Assembly (NCBI GenBank): GCA_039809905.1
Contig: JBDHVY010000001.1
Span: 330,001-362,000 of the forward strand
Length of the DNA stretch: 32,000 bases
Direction of reading: 5' to 3'
Origin: Candidatus Babelota bacterium
Lineage (GTDB): Bacteria > Babelota > Babeliae > Babelales > Vermiphilaceae
This document shows, piece by piece, positions 1 to 8,689 of this stretch (position 1 is its first letter; every line of letters starts with the position of its first letter). The notes below the pieces were generated by a model. The model worked only from the letters and a program-made list of their open reading frames with translations. It did not search any database and was not told the DNA's origin. A program made the translations under genes and the position numbers.

Positions 1-629
1 ATTTTTGATCCCATTTTGGTCAAGGCAGCAATAAGATCAAATACTTCAGGCTCACAAGCGGCATTTATAATTTTCGTTGTTCCTTGGGCCATTGTTGCTG
101 CCATAATGATGTTTTCTGTTGCGCCCACACTAGGGTATTCAAGAACAAGACGCGTTGCGGTCAATTGTTGAACATCTGCAGAGACAAATTCCTCTTCTTG
201 CAGAAATGCTGCTCCCATTTTCTCAAAATTCTTTAGATGATAATCAATCGGCCGCTTGCCAATTGCATCACCCCCAGGAAGCCCGCCTATCTTTGCCTTT
301 CCAAAACGAGCAAGCAATGGCCCCATAGCCAAAATAGAAGTGCGCGTTTTTTGCATAATATCAGCATTAATAGTCCAACTATGCAACAAAGTTGTATCAA
401 CAAAAAATTGATGTTTTTCAGCATCAAAAAAAACAATTGCTCCAAGCGCAATAAGCAGCTCTGCCATTGCATACACATCAGCTGAAGCCGGAACATTATA
501 TAAAATCGATTTACCACGTGTTAAAATGAGAGATGATATGGTAACTAACACCGCATTTTTGGCACCGCTTAATTCTACTTCACCATACAATGGTCCTGAT
601 TGATCTACTTTTAAATATCCATCATGCAT
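1..629 (-). CDS. murA: UDP-N-acetylglucosamine 1-carboxyvinyltransferase, N-terminal part (runs off the window start)
   Basis: Open minus-strand frame missing from the ORF track because it is truncated. My translation begins MHDGYLKVDQSGPLYGEVELSGAKNAVLVTISSLILTRGKSILYNVPASADV and continues ...TRTSILAMGPLLARFGKAKIGGLPGGDAIGKRPIDYHLKNFEKMGA, matching the MurA SGAKNA and GGxxIGxRPIDxH motifs. Confidence 0.93.
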   Translation of the reverse strand, partial: MHDGYLKVDQSGPLYGEVELSGAKNAVLVTISSLILTRGKSILYNVPASADVYAMAELLIALGAIVFFDAEKHQFFVDTTLLHSWTINADIMQKTRTSILAMGPLLARFGKAKIGGLPGGDAIGKRPIDYHLKNFEKMGAAFLQEEEFVSADVQQLTATRLVLEYPSVGATENIIMAATMAQGTTKIINAACEPEVFDLIAALTKMGSK

Positions 630-910
630 GTAAAAAATTCCTGGTTATATCTTTAGCGCTTATTATTATAAATCTTTCTTTAAATAATTAGGATTGCCAG
701 TATAGCAGAAATATTGTTTAAAATGATTATCATCATTCTGTTTATAACATCAAACTCATTAAAAAATATTTAACGTTCAATGTTTTCAGTTATAATACCA
801 TACTATGCTATAACCATCAGTCCATCACCTTATAAGCCTTATAAGCAAACAAGTATCAAAATTTACACTCAATAACAAAAATTAAGATAAAACAATCAGG
901 AAGAGAGACA

Positions 911-2824
911 ATGAAAAAAATAGGTTTTATATACATATTATTATCTTATGCAGCATTCGCTTTTCTATATTCCGTATGCATGGATTTGCCACAACATTTG
1001 AAGTCCACAGAAGATCAAAGATATTTTAATCATTTGGTAAGAAGCCATGCTTTTGATAAAGCAAGGACATATGTAAATGGCAAAGAAAATCTTTTAGATG
1101 TAAGCAATTCTTTTTTATGCCCTTTATCTATTGCAATTAATGAAAATGATTATTCTGCTGTTTCTTTTTTGCTTTCACTGCCTATGAAATATAACGATAT
1201 GCATTATATCCAAGTCAAAAATAAAAAAATGGCAAAATTACTTACCCATAGAGGCAAAACAGATCACAATACAAAAGATCTCCACATACAAATATTATTC
1301 GCAATGACTCGCCATGGTGGTTACAAAAAACCTTTCATGAGATATACGATGAATGCAATTGATATAAATATGCGAATCGATGATTCAAAAAATACTTTTT
1401 TGCATAATGCAGTAGCCACAAAAAATCGCAAGGCTCTCGAGGTTTTATTGGAAAATTCTTCGATTAACATACACAAAAAAAATATCCATGGTCTAACTGC
1501 ATATCAACTTGCTATTGATTGTGCACAGCCAAAGATTATCGATCTTTTTAACAAAGTAGGGATTTTTTTTAGTCCTATTGAACGAGGAAATCCTTGCGAA
1601 ATCGAAGGTGATGAAAAAAAAATTGAATTTTTAGCAGAAAATGAAAAGTTCTTAGCTACGCTTCTTTTTAATACCACAAAAAGAGAAGTAGAAAACCTTA
1701 CAAAACAAAAAAAAGCATATTCAGCGCAGCAAGGAATTATGTGCAATAGCAAAGGCTATTACTTTCTTAATGCTTCGATGAAAGATTTAGAATGCTGGAT
1801 GGGCCTGGAAAAAATGGAAAATATAAAAAAGCATTTGGCAGATATCTGCTGTATGGTATTAGATGGAATGAGAGATGATTCAAACCATCTTTTTAAAGGC
1901 ACTCTACCAAGATATGCTTTTCTGGAGGGTATACCCTTTTCCGATCATAATTCAATTACTAAGCTCGTAAAAAAATATCCTTTTACACTCTTTTATAATG
2001 GCACTATCGCTTTTGAAATATTGTTTGAAGCATTAAATGCAATAAATGCAGAAGCCTTTAGATACATTGTAAATTTTTTAAATCCAGATCTATCGCTTGC
2101 CGATGAGAATGGTAACACTTTGCTACACTGGGCAATATTTTTAAAAAAAGATTTTGAAGCCAAGCTATTAATAGAAAAAGGAGCAAATTGTTTTGTTACC
2201 AATAATGAAAATGAAACGGCATTTGATAGTGCCAAGACACAATCCCAAAAGTCTTTTAATAACATAATAATAGCATTTTCTCAAGCATGCTTGGATTCAC
2301 CTAAATATGCCAAACGCAATATTAAAAAGTATCTACAACTAGGATATCAACTTCGTGAATTAATATATTTACCAAAAGATTGGATTCACATGTGTGAAAA
2401 AAAAATACAACCGCTGTTGCATGGCGCTGCGCAATGTAACATTGAGCTTTGTCGCATACTATTAAAAGCTGGTACGTGTGCCAATATAAAGAACCACGAT
2501 GGAATGACACCATTACAATGCATTTGCCATAATACCACACGTACTACTGCAATACCGCTATTATTGGAGTATGGAGCAATTGTAACAGAAGAGATGACAA
2601 AAATTGCGATCGATAAAGATGAAAAGGATAGGCGAGCAATGCTTGTCAGAGCATGGAAGGCACAACAACAGCAAAATAACCAAAGCGAATGCTGTATTTG
2701 TTTTGAAGTTAATGTTGAAAAATCTATTATTCCATGCAAAATAATTCATAATGATCGTATTTGTAAATCATGCTATTCTCATATACAAGATTGTCCAATA
2801 TGTCGCCAACCACTAAACAAATGA
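911..2824 (+). CDS. Exported ankyrin-repeat protein with C-terminal RING-type zinc finger
   Basis: 637 aa. N-terminal hydrophobic segment MKKIGFIYILLSYAAFAFLYSVC. Ankyrin-like units (NTFLHNAVATKNRKALEVLLE..., GNTLLHWAIFLKKDFEAKLLIEKGA, PLLHGAAQCNIELCRILLKAGTCANIKNHDGMTPLQ). C-terminus CCICFEVNVEKSIIPCKIIHNDRICKSCYSHIQDCPICRQPL fits a C3HC4 RING pattern. Confidence 0.85.
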   Translation: MKKIGFIYILLSYAAFAFLYSVCMDLPQHLKSTEDQRYFNHLVRSHAFDKARTYVNGKENLLDVSNSFLCPLSIAINENDYSAVSFLLSLPMKYNDMHYIQVKNKKMAKLLTHRGKTDHNTKDLHIQILFAMTRHGGYKKPFMRYTMNAIDINMRIDDSKNTFLHNAVATKNRKALEVLLENSSINIHKKNIHGLTAYQLAIDCAQPKIIDLFNKVGIFFSPIERGNPCEIEGDEKKIEFLAENEKFLATLLFNTTKREVENLTKQKKAYSAQQGIMCNSKGYYFLNASMKDLECWMGLEKMENIKKHLADICCMVLDGMRDDSNHLFKGTLPRYAFLEGIPFSDHNSITKLVKKYPFTLFYNGTIAFEILFEALNAINAEAFRYIVNFLNPDLSLADENGNTLLHWAIFLKKDFEAKLLIEKGANCFVTNNENETAFDSAKTQSQKSFNNIIIAFSQACLDSPKYAKRNIKKYLQLGYQLRELIYLPKDWIHMCEKKIQPLLHGAAQCNIELCRILLKAGTCANIKNHDGMTPLQCICHNTTRTTAIPLLLEYGAIVTEEMTKIAIDKDEKDRRAMLVRAWKAQQQQNNQSECCICFEVNVEKSIIPCKIIHNDRICKSCYSHIQDCPICRQPLNK

Positions 2825-3456
2825 ATAAAACTTTTTGGGATAATCCTTATCAAACAACTCTCATAACCACCGTGCAAGCCATTGATGGTAACAAAATTTT
2901 ATGTGCCGAAACCATTGCATATTCTTTTGCTGGTGGTCAAGAAAGCGATAAAGCTTGGATTAATGGAATGCTTATCTTAGATTCAAAAATAGATGGCAAT
3001 CTTATTTATTACACTCTTACTGATAATCATGGATTGCACGTAGGCGATGAAATCAAAATGACGATTGATTGGCCCAGACGATTACGATTAATGCGATTAC
3101 ATTTTGCTGCGGAATTAATTTTAGAAATAGTCTCTCAAAAATATCATTTCGAAAAAGTTGGTGCACATATTGCAGAGCATAAAGCACGCATTGATTTTAA
3201 ATCTGATACAAATATATCTCCGTTATTGCCTGCAATTTTAGCTGAATATAATAAGATCATTACCGACAATCATATTATTGAAAAAGGCTATTCAGATATT
3301 GCCAATCAACGACGATTTTGGAAAATCGATGGCTTTGCCCAAGTACCGTGTGGTGGCACTCATGTACAATCAACTGGAGAAGTTGGATTTGTAACCCTCA
3401 AACGTGAACATCCGGGAAAATTTATAGAAAGAATAGAAATAAGACTTATTTGCTAG
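2821..3456 (+). CDS. AlaX-like alanyl-tRNA editing domain protein (likely start at 2821; ORF track start is 2770)
   Basis: MNKTFWDNPYQTTLITTVQAIDG...DWPRRLRLMRLHFAAELI...GYSDIANQRRFWKIDGFAQVPCGGTHVQSTGEVG: tRNA_SAD/AlaRS editing architecture with CxxxH motif. ATGA overlap with the upstream gene supports the 2821 start. Confidence 0.8.
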   Translation: MNKTFWDNPYQTTLITTVQAIDGNKILCAETIAYSFAGGQESDKAWINGMLILDSKIDGNLIYYTLTDNHGLHVGDEIKMTIDWPRRLRLMRLHFAAELILEIVSQKYHFEKVGAHIAEHKARIDFKSDTNISPLLPAILAEYNKIITDNHIIEKGYSDIANQRRFWKIDGFAQVPCGGTHVQSTGEVGFVTLKREHPGKFIERIEIRLIC

Positions 3457-5089
3457 AATATGACTTAATAAATGATCGTATTGTATTAACAAACATGTTC
3501 TTTTTATCTATCCCAACGGTATAATTGTCTAATAAAAATGTATTAAATCGAGCAGTTTTTGCCAAACAACACAATTGATACCAATCTGCTTGCTCAGTGA
3601 TAAACTGAATATCACGAATCTCTTCATCATCATATAAATGCAATTGAGACATGTCATCATACTCATCCATAAAAACTATTGTTTTTTTATCTTTTGAAAT
3701 TCCCATTCCTTTGATTTCATAAGAAAATGTTTTACGAGGAAAAATTTTATGAGTAGCAAGACATTTCCCATTGCTTGCTTTTAATATGGTAAATTTATCA
3801 ACCTTATTTTGATAATCAACGGGGTCAAGCACAAATAACAAATCATTATCTTGATCCAATAAAAAAATAGGTGATTTATCATCGGCATTATCTAAAGACC
3901 AGCGCCATATAGGCTCATATAAATAATCTTCCATCCATGGCTCTTTATAAAAATCTGTCCACAACTTAAGCGATCCATCTGCAAAAGCTATTGCTAATGA
4001 ATTATCTGATATAAAAAATGTTTTCCGTATAGAATCTTTGAAAGCTACGTGTTTTACTAATTCAAATATAGGATATGTTGATGAATCTTTTTTTACTTTC
4101 AACATATATAAATCAGAATCTCCAACCATGCAACAATATTTATCTGTAGGACTAAATTCAATAGATTGTGGTTTTATATTTACTGCTTCAAAAAAACTCA
4201 CATGACAAGTATCTAATTGAGGATCTATCAACATAATTTCTTTTTCACTGCATACTGCAAAAAGAGAGGAAAAATGGGCTGAGCATGATAATACAAAGTT
4301 ACCTTGAAGCAAAAAAGTATTTTTAGGTTTCATAAAAATGGTGTCAAAGATAGTGCACATGTTTGAACAAAAAAGAATCGCTGCTCCATCATTACTCAAT
4401 AAACAAGATGCAACAGTGTCATCAAGTGCTAAAGGTGTCACTGTCGATTCACCCCCTTTTCCTATATAAAATAAGTTTTGAATCATTTTTTCATACTGTT
4501 CTTCTGGGCAATACACGCATATTTCTGGTTTAGAATCAGATTTGTGAACTATCTTTCTTAGATTTTTAACTGTTTTTTCAATTTCAGACTCATTATACAT
4601 CATTGTATCATAATGTTTTTTTAGACTATTGCCTTTTCCAGCCCACATTTCATAATCAATTATATTTGCTGTATACGTTCCATCATCTGGAACAGGATGT
4701 GGGATAAGAGTATAATTTCCATCGTAATAATGAAAGGGGTTACGTTGTGTATATCTTTCTGCTATAGGAACCCATAAAGGTTTTGGAATATCTTGATTAA
4801 GTTGCCATTTATTATGTAAACATTCATGTTTCAACTTAATTGCAACTCGTTTGCGTAAGAATGGCTTAACATATGTTTTTACAATGTCTTTCGGCAAACA
4901 ATCAAAATCTGATTTCAAAGGTTTTCCATATGATCTTGTTAATCTGAAATCTGCATATTCTGCAGGATGTTTAAGAAATACCTGATATTTTGTTGTTATA
5001 TCATCCTTTGGTTCCATTGCATAACTATGAAAAGCAACGACAATTGGACACAGGAACCTTATTATATTTTGATGCATACCATCTTTCAT
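3446..5089 (-). CDS. Exported beta-propeller/WD40-like protein with possible F-box-like segment
   Basis: 547 aa. N-terminal hydrophobic stretch FLCPIVVAFHSYAM. Repeated blade-like motifs (SIEFSPTDKYCCMVGDSDLYMLKV, SLAIAFADGSLKLWTDFY, GISKDKKTIVFMDEYDDMSQLHLYD). N-terminal segment DFDCLPKDIVKTYVKPFL. Confidence 0.5.
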   Translation of the reverse strand: MKDGMHQNIIRFLCPIVVAFHSYAMEPKDDITTKYQVFLKHPAEYADFRLTRSYGKPLKSDFDCLPKDIVKTYVKPFLRKRVAIKLKHECLHNKWQLNQDIPKPLWVPIAERYTQRNPFHYYDGNYTLIPHPVPDDGTYTANIIDYEMWAGKGNSLKKHYDTMMYNESEIEKTVKNLRKIVHKSDSKPEICVYCPEEQYEKMIQNLFYIGKGGESTVTPLALDDTVASCLLSNDGAAILFCSNMCTIFDTIFMKPKNTFLLQGNFVLSCSAHFSSLFAVCSEKEIMLIDPQLDTCHVSFFEAVNIKPQSIEFSPTDKYCCMVGDSDLYMLKVKKDSSTYPIFELVKHVAFKDSIRKTFFISDNSLAIAFADGSLKLWTDFYKEPWMEDYLYEPIWRWSLDNADDKSPIFLLDQDNDLLFVLDPVDYQNKVDKFTILKASNGKCLATHKIFPRKTFSYEIKGMGISKDKKTIVFMDEYDDMSQLHLYDDEEIRDIQFITEQADWYQLCCLAKTARFNTFLLDNYTVGIDKKNMFVNTIRSFIKSYSSK

Positions 5090-5170
5090 TTTTTACAGGA
5101 CGCAAAAAGTAAAAAACATTTATGCCGAACTATAACATTTTTTGCATGTTGATAAAAGATTTGTAAAAGA

Positions 5171-5202
5171 AAAAAGCCTCTCATAATGATGAAAGGCTTT
5201 TT
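5171..5202 (-). terminator. Rho-independent terminator downstream of the pseudouridine synthase gene
   Basis: aaaaagcct - loop - aggcttttt perfect 9-bp stem. Minus-strand reading ends in ttttttctttt, 26 nt past the stop codon. Confidence 0.8.
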
Positions 5203-5227
5203 GTATCTATAAATAATTCTATTTTTG

Positions 5228-6031
5228 CTACTGATGCTTCAAGAAATCAACTTCAGCTTTGGTCAGATGACGCCATTGACCAACCTCTAATTTTGACTTA
5301 GTCAGACCTGCATAACCAGCACGATCAAGTTTTCTAACATCATAGCCCAATTTTTCAAAAATACGGCGAATAATGCGGTTTTTACCACTATGAATGACTA
5401 CGATAAGATTCTGCTTGGGTCTATCATGGAAAAAATAAGCTTCATCAACTTTAATAAAGCCATCTTCCAGATCAACTCCAGCAAGCAGTTTATTCATGTT
5501 AGCTCGTGTAAAAGGCTTATCGAGCTGTACATGATACACTTTTTCGATCTCAAAACGTGGATGGGATAATTTAAGAGCCAATTCACCATCATTGGTGAGA
5601 ACCAACAATCCGGTTGTATTACGATCAAGACGACCAACAGGATACACCCGCTGCTTTATTTCTTGCGAAATAAGGTTTAAGACATTGTGGCGTCCTAAAT
5701 CATCAGAAACGGTTGTAATGCAGTTTTTTGGCTTATTAAGAACAATGTATACTTTTTGCTCTGAACGGACAAGATTACCCTGCACACGCACACAATCGTT
5801 AGGATTAACCTTAAATCCAGGCTCATTTACCATAACTCCGTTAACGGTAACAACCTTTGATTTAATGATATCCACTACTTTGCGGCGAGAGGCAATACCC
5901 GCTTGTGCAAGGTATTTACTGAGGGAATCATGTTGTTTGTTTTTAGCTTCATTTTTCCCTCTAACAACGGGGTCCCCAATGGAACTTCGTGAAATTGGGG
6001 TATAATCAGGGATATTTTTATTTATATTCAT
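5228..6031 (-). CDS. rluB: RsuA/RluB-family rRNA pseudouridine synthase
   Basis: S4-like N-terminal domain (LSKYLAQAGIASRRKVVDIIKSKVVTVNG), catalytic motif YPVGRLDRNTTGLLVLTNDGELALKLSHPR, and GKNRIIRRIFEKLGYDVRKLDR. Confidence 0.92.
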   Translation of the reverse strand: MNINKNIPDYTPISRSSIGDPVVRGKNEAKNKQHDSLSKYLAQAGIASRRKVVDIIKSKVVTVNGVMVNEPGFKVNPNDCVRVQGNLVRSEQKVYIVLNKPKNCITTVSDDLGRHNVLNLISQEIKQRVYPVGRLDRNTTGLLVLTNDGELALKLSHPRFEIEKVYHVQLDKPFTRANMNKLLAGVDLEDGFIKVDEAYFFHDRPKQNLIVVIHSGKNRIIRRIFEKLGYDVRKLDRAGYAGLTKSKLEVGQWRHLTKAEVDFLKHQ

Positions 6032-6037
6032 AATAAT

Positions 6038-6043
6038 AGTATA
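6038..6043 (-). promoter_or_regulatory. Candidate -10 element (TATACT) just upstream of the rluB-family ORF
   Basis: Minus strand reads ggTATACTattattATG. No strong -35 was recognised. Confidence 0.35.
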
Positions 6044-6183
6044 CCTGATTTTTAGAATTTTTATAGAAAATATCGATTAATAAATGTTTTTGAGACTTTT
6101 TTCATAGCCCAAACACGTCTTTTTTCTGGATAGAGCCCATCAAGCAAGCCTCTACTTGTATACCCAACCAGACCAGCATTTGA

Positions 6184-6230
6184 AAAGAGAGGCTCAGAAG
6201 TCTTTTACCAAAACCCCCGAGCCTCTTTTT
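6184..6230. terminator. Bidirectional-looking terminator hairpin
   Basis: agaggctc (6188-6195) pairs with gagcctct (6219-6226), extendable through A/T pairs. The plus side has a long T-rich tail (tttttgcttttattttt). The hairpin is 22 nt downstream of the minus-strand kinase-like gene stop. Confidence 0.65.
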
Positions 6231-6252
6231 GCTTTTATTTTTGCACCATCAA

Positions 6253-7182
6253 TTAACGCCGATTTTTAAGATCCTTTTTAGCCTTAGCAATAAGCTTATC
6301 AAGAATAGGCAATAGCTTTTGAACATCAATATAGCTTTCTCGAATTATTCTTCTATTATTTTCAAGCTCCAATGCAATTTTTTGGGTAAATAATTCAGAA
6401 CCTTCAACAAAGCCTGATTTTTCTGCAAAATAATTATACAATTCAATCGTATCTTCCGGGTAATGATTATTAATGAGATACACTAAATGTTCTTTGTAAA
6501 TCATTAATGCTTTAATTTCTTTATTGCTGAGTTTAAGATTTTTATTGTTCAACATCTCGGTAAAGTTTTTACATGCAAGTGCACATAAATTGCGTTTAAA
6601 TGCAGAATCCATATCAATAGCACAGAATGAATCAGTCTTCGGATTATAGAAAAGATTACCGCGATGACGATCATGATTACAAAGGAATGTATCCATTGCA
6701 ACAATCATAATTAACGTAGGATGTTTTATCATCCACGGCAACATATCTCGTCTAAATCCAATTTCAGCTTGCTTGATATTCATTCCATCATAAGGGCTAT
6801 CTTGCGCCTTGATCATTTTTCCCGGAGCTATAGTATGAAGCGTTGCCGGCCAATCTGTACGAGGTTTTCCCGGAAACGCTTTACCTGCAGGTATAATGGC
6901 AACACGATGAGCAATACCAAAATCTTCGGCAACATGGGCAGTAATAGCATCTCTGACTACACTAACAATTTTGCGAAAACAATTAGATTTTTTTTGCTTA
7001 ACTATATATTCTTTACCGTTAATGCGCACAAAACTAATGTAGCAAAACCTCATCTCTAATGTTTCGATTAATTCTACGCGAGCATTTTCAATATCAACTT
7101 CTTGTAACCATGCAAAAACTGGTGCATTGCAAAAAGATACAAAAACCACCATCGCATATGCAAAAACTCTACAATTTTTCAT
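6253..7182 (-). CDS. Exported HipA/PI3-PI4-kinase-like fold protein, paralog 1 (start re-assigned from 7221 to 7182)
   Basis: Signal-peptide-like MKNCRVFAYAMVVFVSFCNAPVFA preceded by AGGGAG. Kinase-like motifs: YIVKQKK, VRDAITAHVAEDFGIAH, DTFLCNHDRHRGNLFYNPKTDSFCAIDMDSAF. Confidence 0.65.
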   Translation of the reverse strand: MKNCRVFAYAMVVFVSFCNAPVFAWLQEVDIENARVELIETLEMRFCYISFVRINGKEYIVKQKKSNCFRKIVSVVRDAITAHVAEDFGIAHRVAIIPAGKAFPGKPRTDWPATLHTIAPGKMIKAQDSPYDGMNIKQAEIGFRRDMLPWMIKHPTLIMIVAMDTFLCNHDRHRGNLFYNPKTDSFCAIDMDSAFKRNLCALACKNFTEMLNNKNLKLSNKEIKALMIYKEHLVYLINNHYPEDTIELYNYFAEKSGFVEGSELFTQKIALELENNRRIIRESYIDVQKLLPILDKLIAKAKKDLKNRR

Positions 7183-7329
7183 ATCGCTCCCTAAGTAAAA
7201 ATATACATTGCAACTTTGCATTTACTATGAAATAAAAAGATTGATTCATGCAATATTTTTGCCTAATTTACGCTTTATTCCTGTTGAATATCCATTGAAG
7301 GAAATTAAAAATACGTTTACGCTATTACT

Positions 7330-8679
7330 ATGAGTAAAACAAAAACATCGTTTAAATGTTCCAACTGTAGTTATACCACGATCAAATGGATGGGGTGTTG
7401 TCCTGAGTGTAAAGAATGGGATTGTTTGGTAGAAAATATTATTTCAAGCACTAGCGGACCGAACAAAATCTATGCTGCAACTGCAACGCCACAACTTATA
7501 TCACTCACTTCCATTGATACTCATGAACAACCACGCATACTTTCTCATATTGGGGAATGGGACCGTGTTGTTGGAGGCGGATTAGTTCCCGGATCGCTTA
7601 TTGTGGTAACCGGCGATCCTGGTATCGGTAAATCAACATTGCTACTGCAAGTTGCCTATAACATTGCAAAAATACATCGTGTCTTTTATTTTTCGACTGA
7701 AGAATCATTACAACAACTTAAAGGCCGTGCATTGCGGCTAAAAACAACAGATAATAATCTGCTCTTTTCCGATACTGCAGAACTGACGAGTATTATTTCT
7801 TTGGCTCAACAAGAAAAACCTGATCTTATCATCATCGATTCGATACAAAACTGCTACATCAATGATACGCACACATTACCAGGAAGTACCGGGCAATTGC
7901 GTGAAGCAGCTTTTCAATTAATGCGATTAAGTAAAGAGCATAATATTACGGTAATTATTACCGGACATATTACCAAAGAAGGTATTATTGCGGGACCAAA
8001 AACATTGGAACATATGGTTGATGCTGTTTTTTATTTGCAAGGAGAAGACCGGTGGCAAACCCGTATGCTCAGAGCAGTAAAAAATCGTTTTGGTGCAATT
8101 AATGAGCTTGGTTTTTTTAATATGGAACAAAATGGTTTGCAAGAAGTTCCCAATATTAATGCTCATCTGATTAGTGAAATATCACATGCTCCGGGATCAG
8201 CTATTATCAGTATTATGGAAGGTTCTCGACCTATTTTATTAGAATTACAAGCACTAACCAATGCATCAAAACTTACTATGCCACAACGTGTTGTTTCTGG
8301 CTTAGATCATAAACAAGTTGTTCTGATTGCTGCAATTTTAGAAAAATATGTAAAAATAAAATTAAGCATGCATGATATCTTTTTCAAAGTAAGCGGTGGC
8401 TTTAAAATCAAAGGCAGTGAAAGCGATCTTGGTACTGCATTTGCATTACTTTCAAGCTATTTTCAAGAAGCATTGCCAGAACGCTCAATAGCACTGGGCG
8501 AAATTAGCTTAACAGGACAAATAAAACCAATTAATAACATTGGGCATTTGGTAAAAGAAGCAGAAAAGTTTGGCATTACAACATTGCTGATTGCAAAAAA
8601 TCAAACCATAGAAAAAACCTCCTGTGTTATCAAGAGGTTCCATAATGTTTACGAATTATTATCTCTTTTTGGACAATGA
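7330..8679 (+). CDS. radA: DNA repair protein RadA
   Basis: C4 zinc finger CSNCSYTTIKWMGCCPEC, Walker A GDPGIGKST, KNRFG motif, and C-terminal Lon-like domain (GSESDLGTAFALLSSY...SLTGQIKPI). Confidence 0.97.
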   Translation: MSKTKTSFKCSNCSYTTIKWMGCCPECKEWDCLVENIISSTSGPNKIYAATATPQLISLTSIDTHEQPRILSHIGEWDRVVGGGLVPGSLIVVTGDPGIGKSTLLLQVAYNIAKIHRVFYFSTEESLQQLKGRALRLKTTDNNLLFSDTAELTSIISLAQQEKPDLIIIDSIQNCYINDTHTLPGSTGQLREAAFQLMRLSKEHNITVIITGHITKEGIIAGPKTLEHMVDAVFYLQGEDRWQTRMLRAVKNRFGAINELGFFNMEQNGLQEVPNINAHLISEISHAPGSAIISIMEGSRPILLELQALTNASKLTMPQRVVSGLDHKQVVLIAAILEKYVKIKLSMHDIFFKVSGGFKIKGSESDLGTAFALLSSYFQEALPERSIALGEISLTGQIKPINNIGHLVKEAEKFGITTLLIAKNQTIEKTSCVIKRFHNVYELLSLFGQ

Positions 8680-8689
8680 TAAAGTATGT

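Noticed and set aside
237-517. Small ORFs 237..485 (+) and 287..517 (-)
   Set aside because: Both overlap the truncated murA frame, which has clear MurA motifs; they are out-of-frame or antisense artefacts.
4967-5152. ORF 4967..5152 (+)
   Set aside because: Antisense to the 5' end of the 3446-5089 gene, with no recognisable domain.
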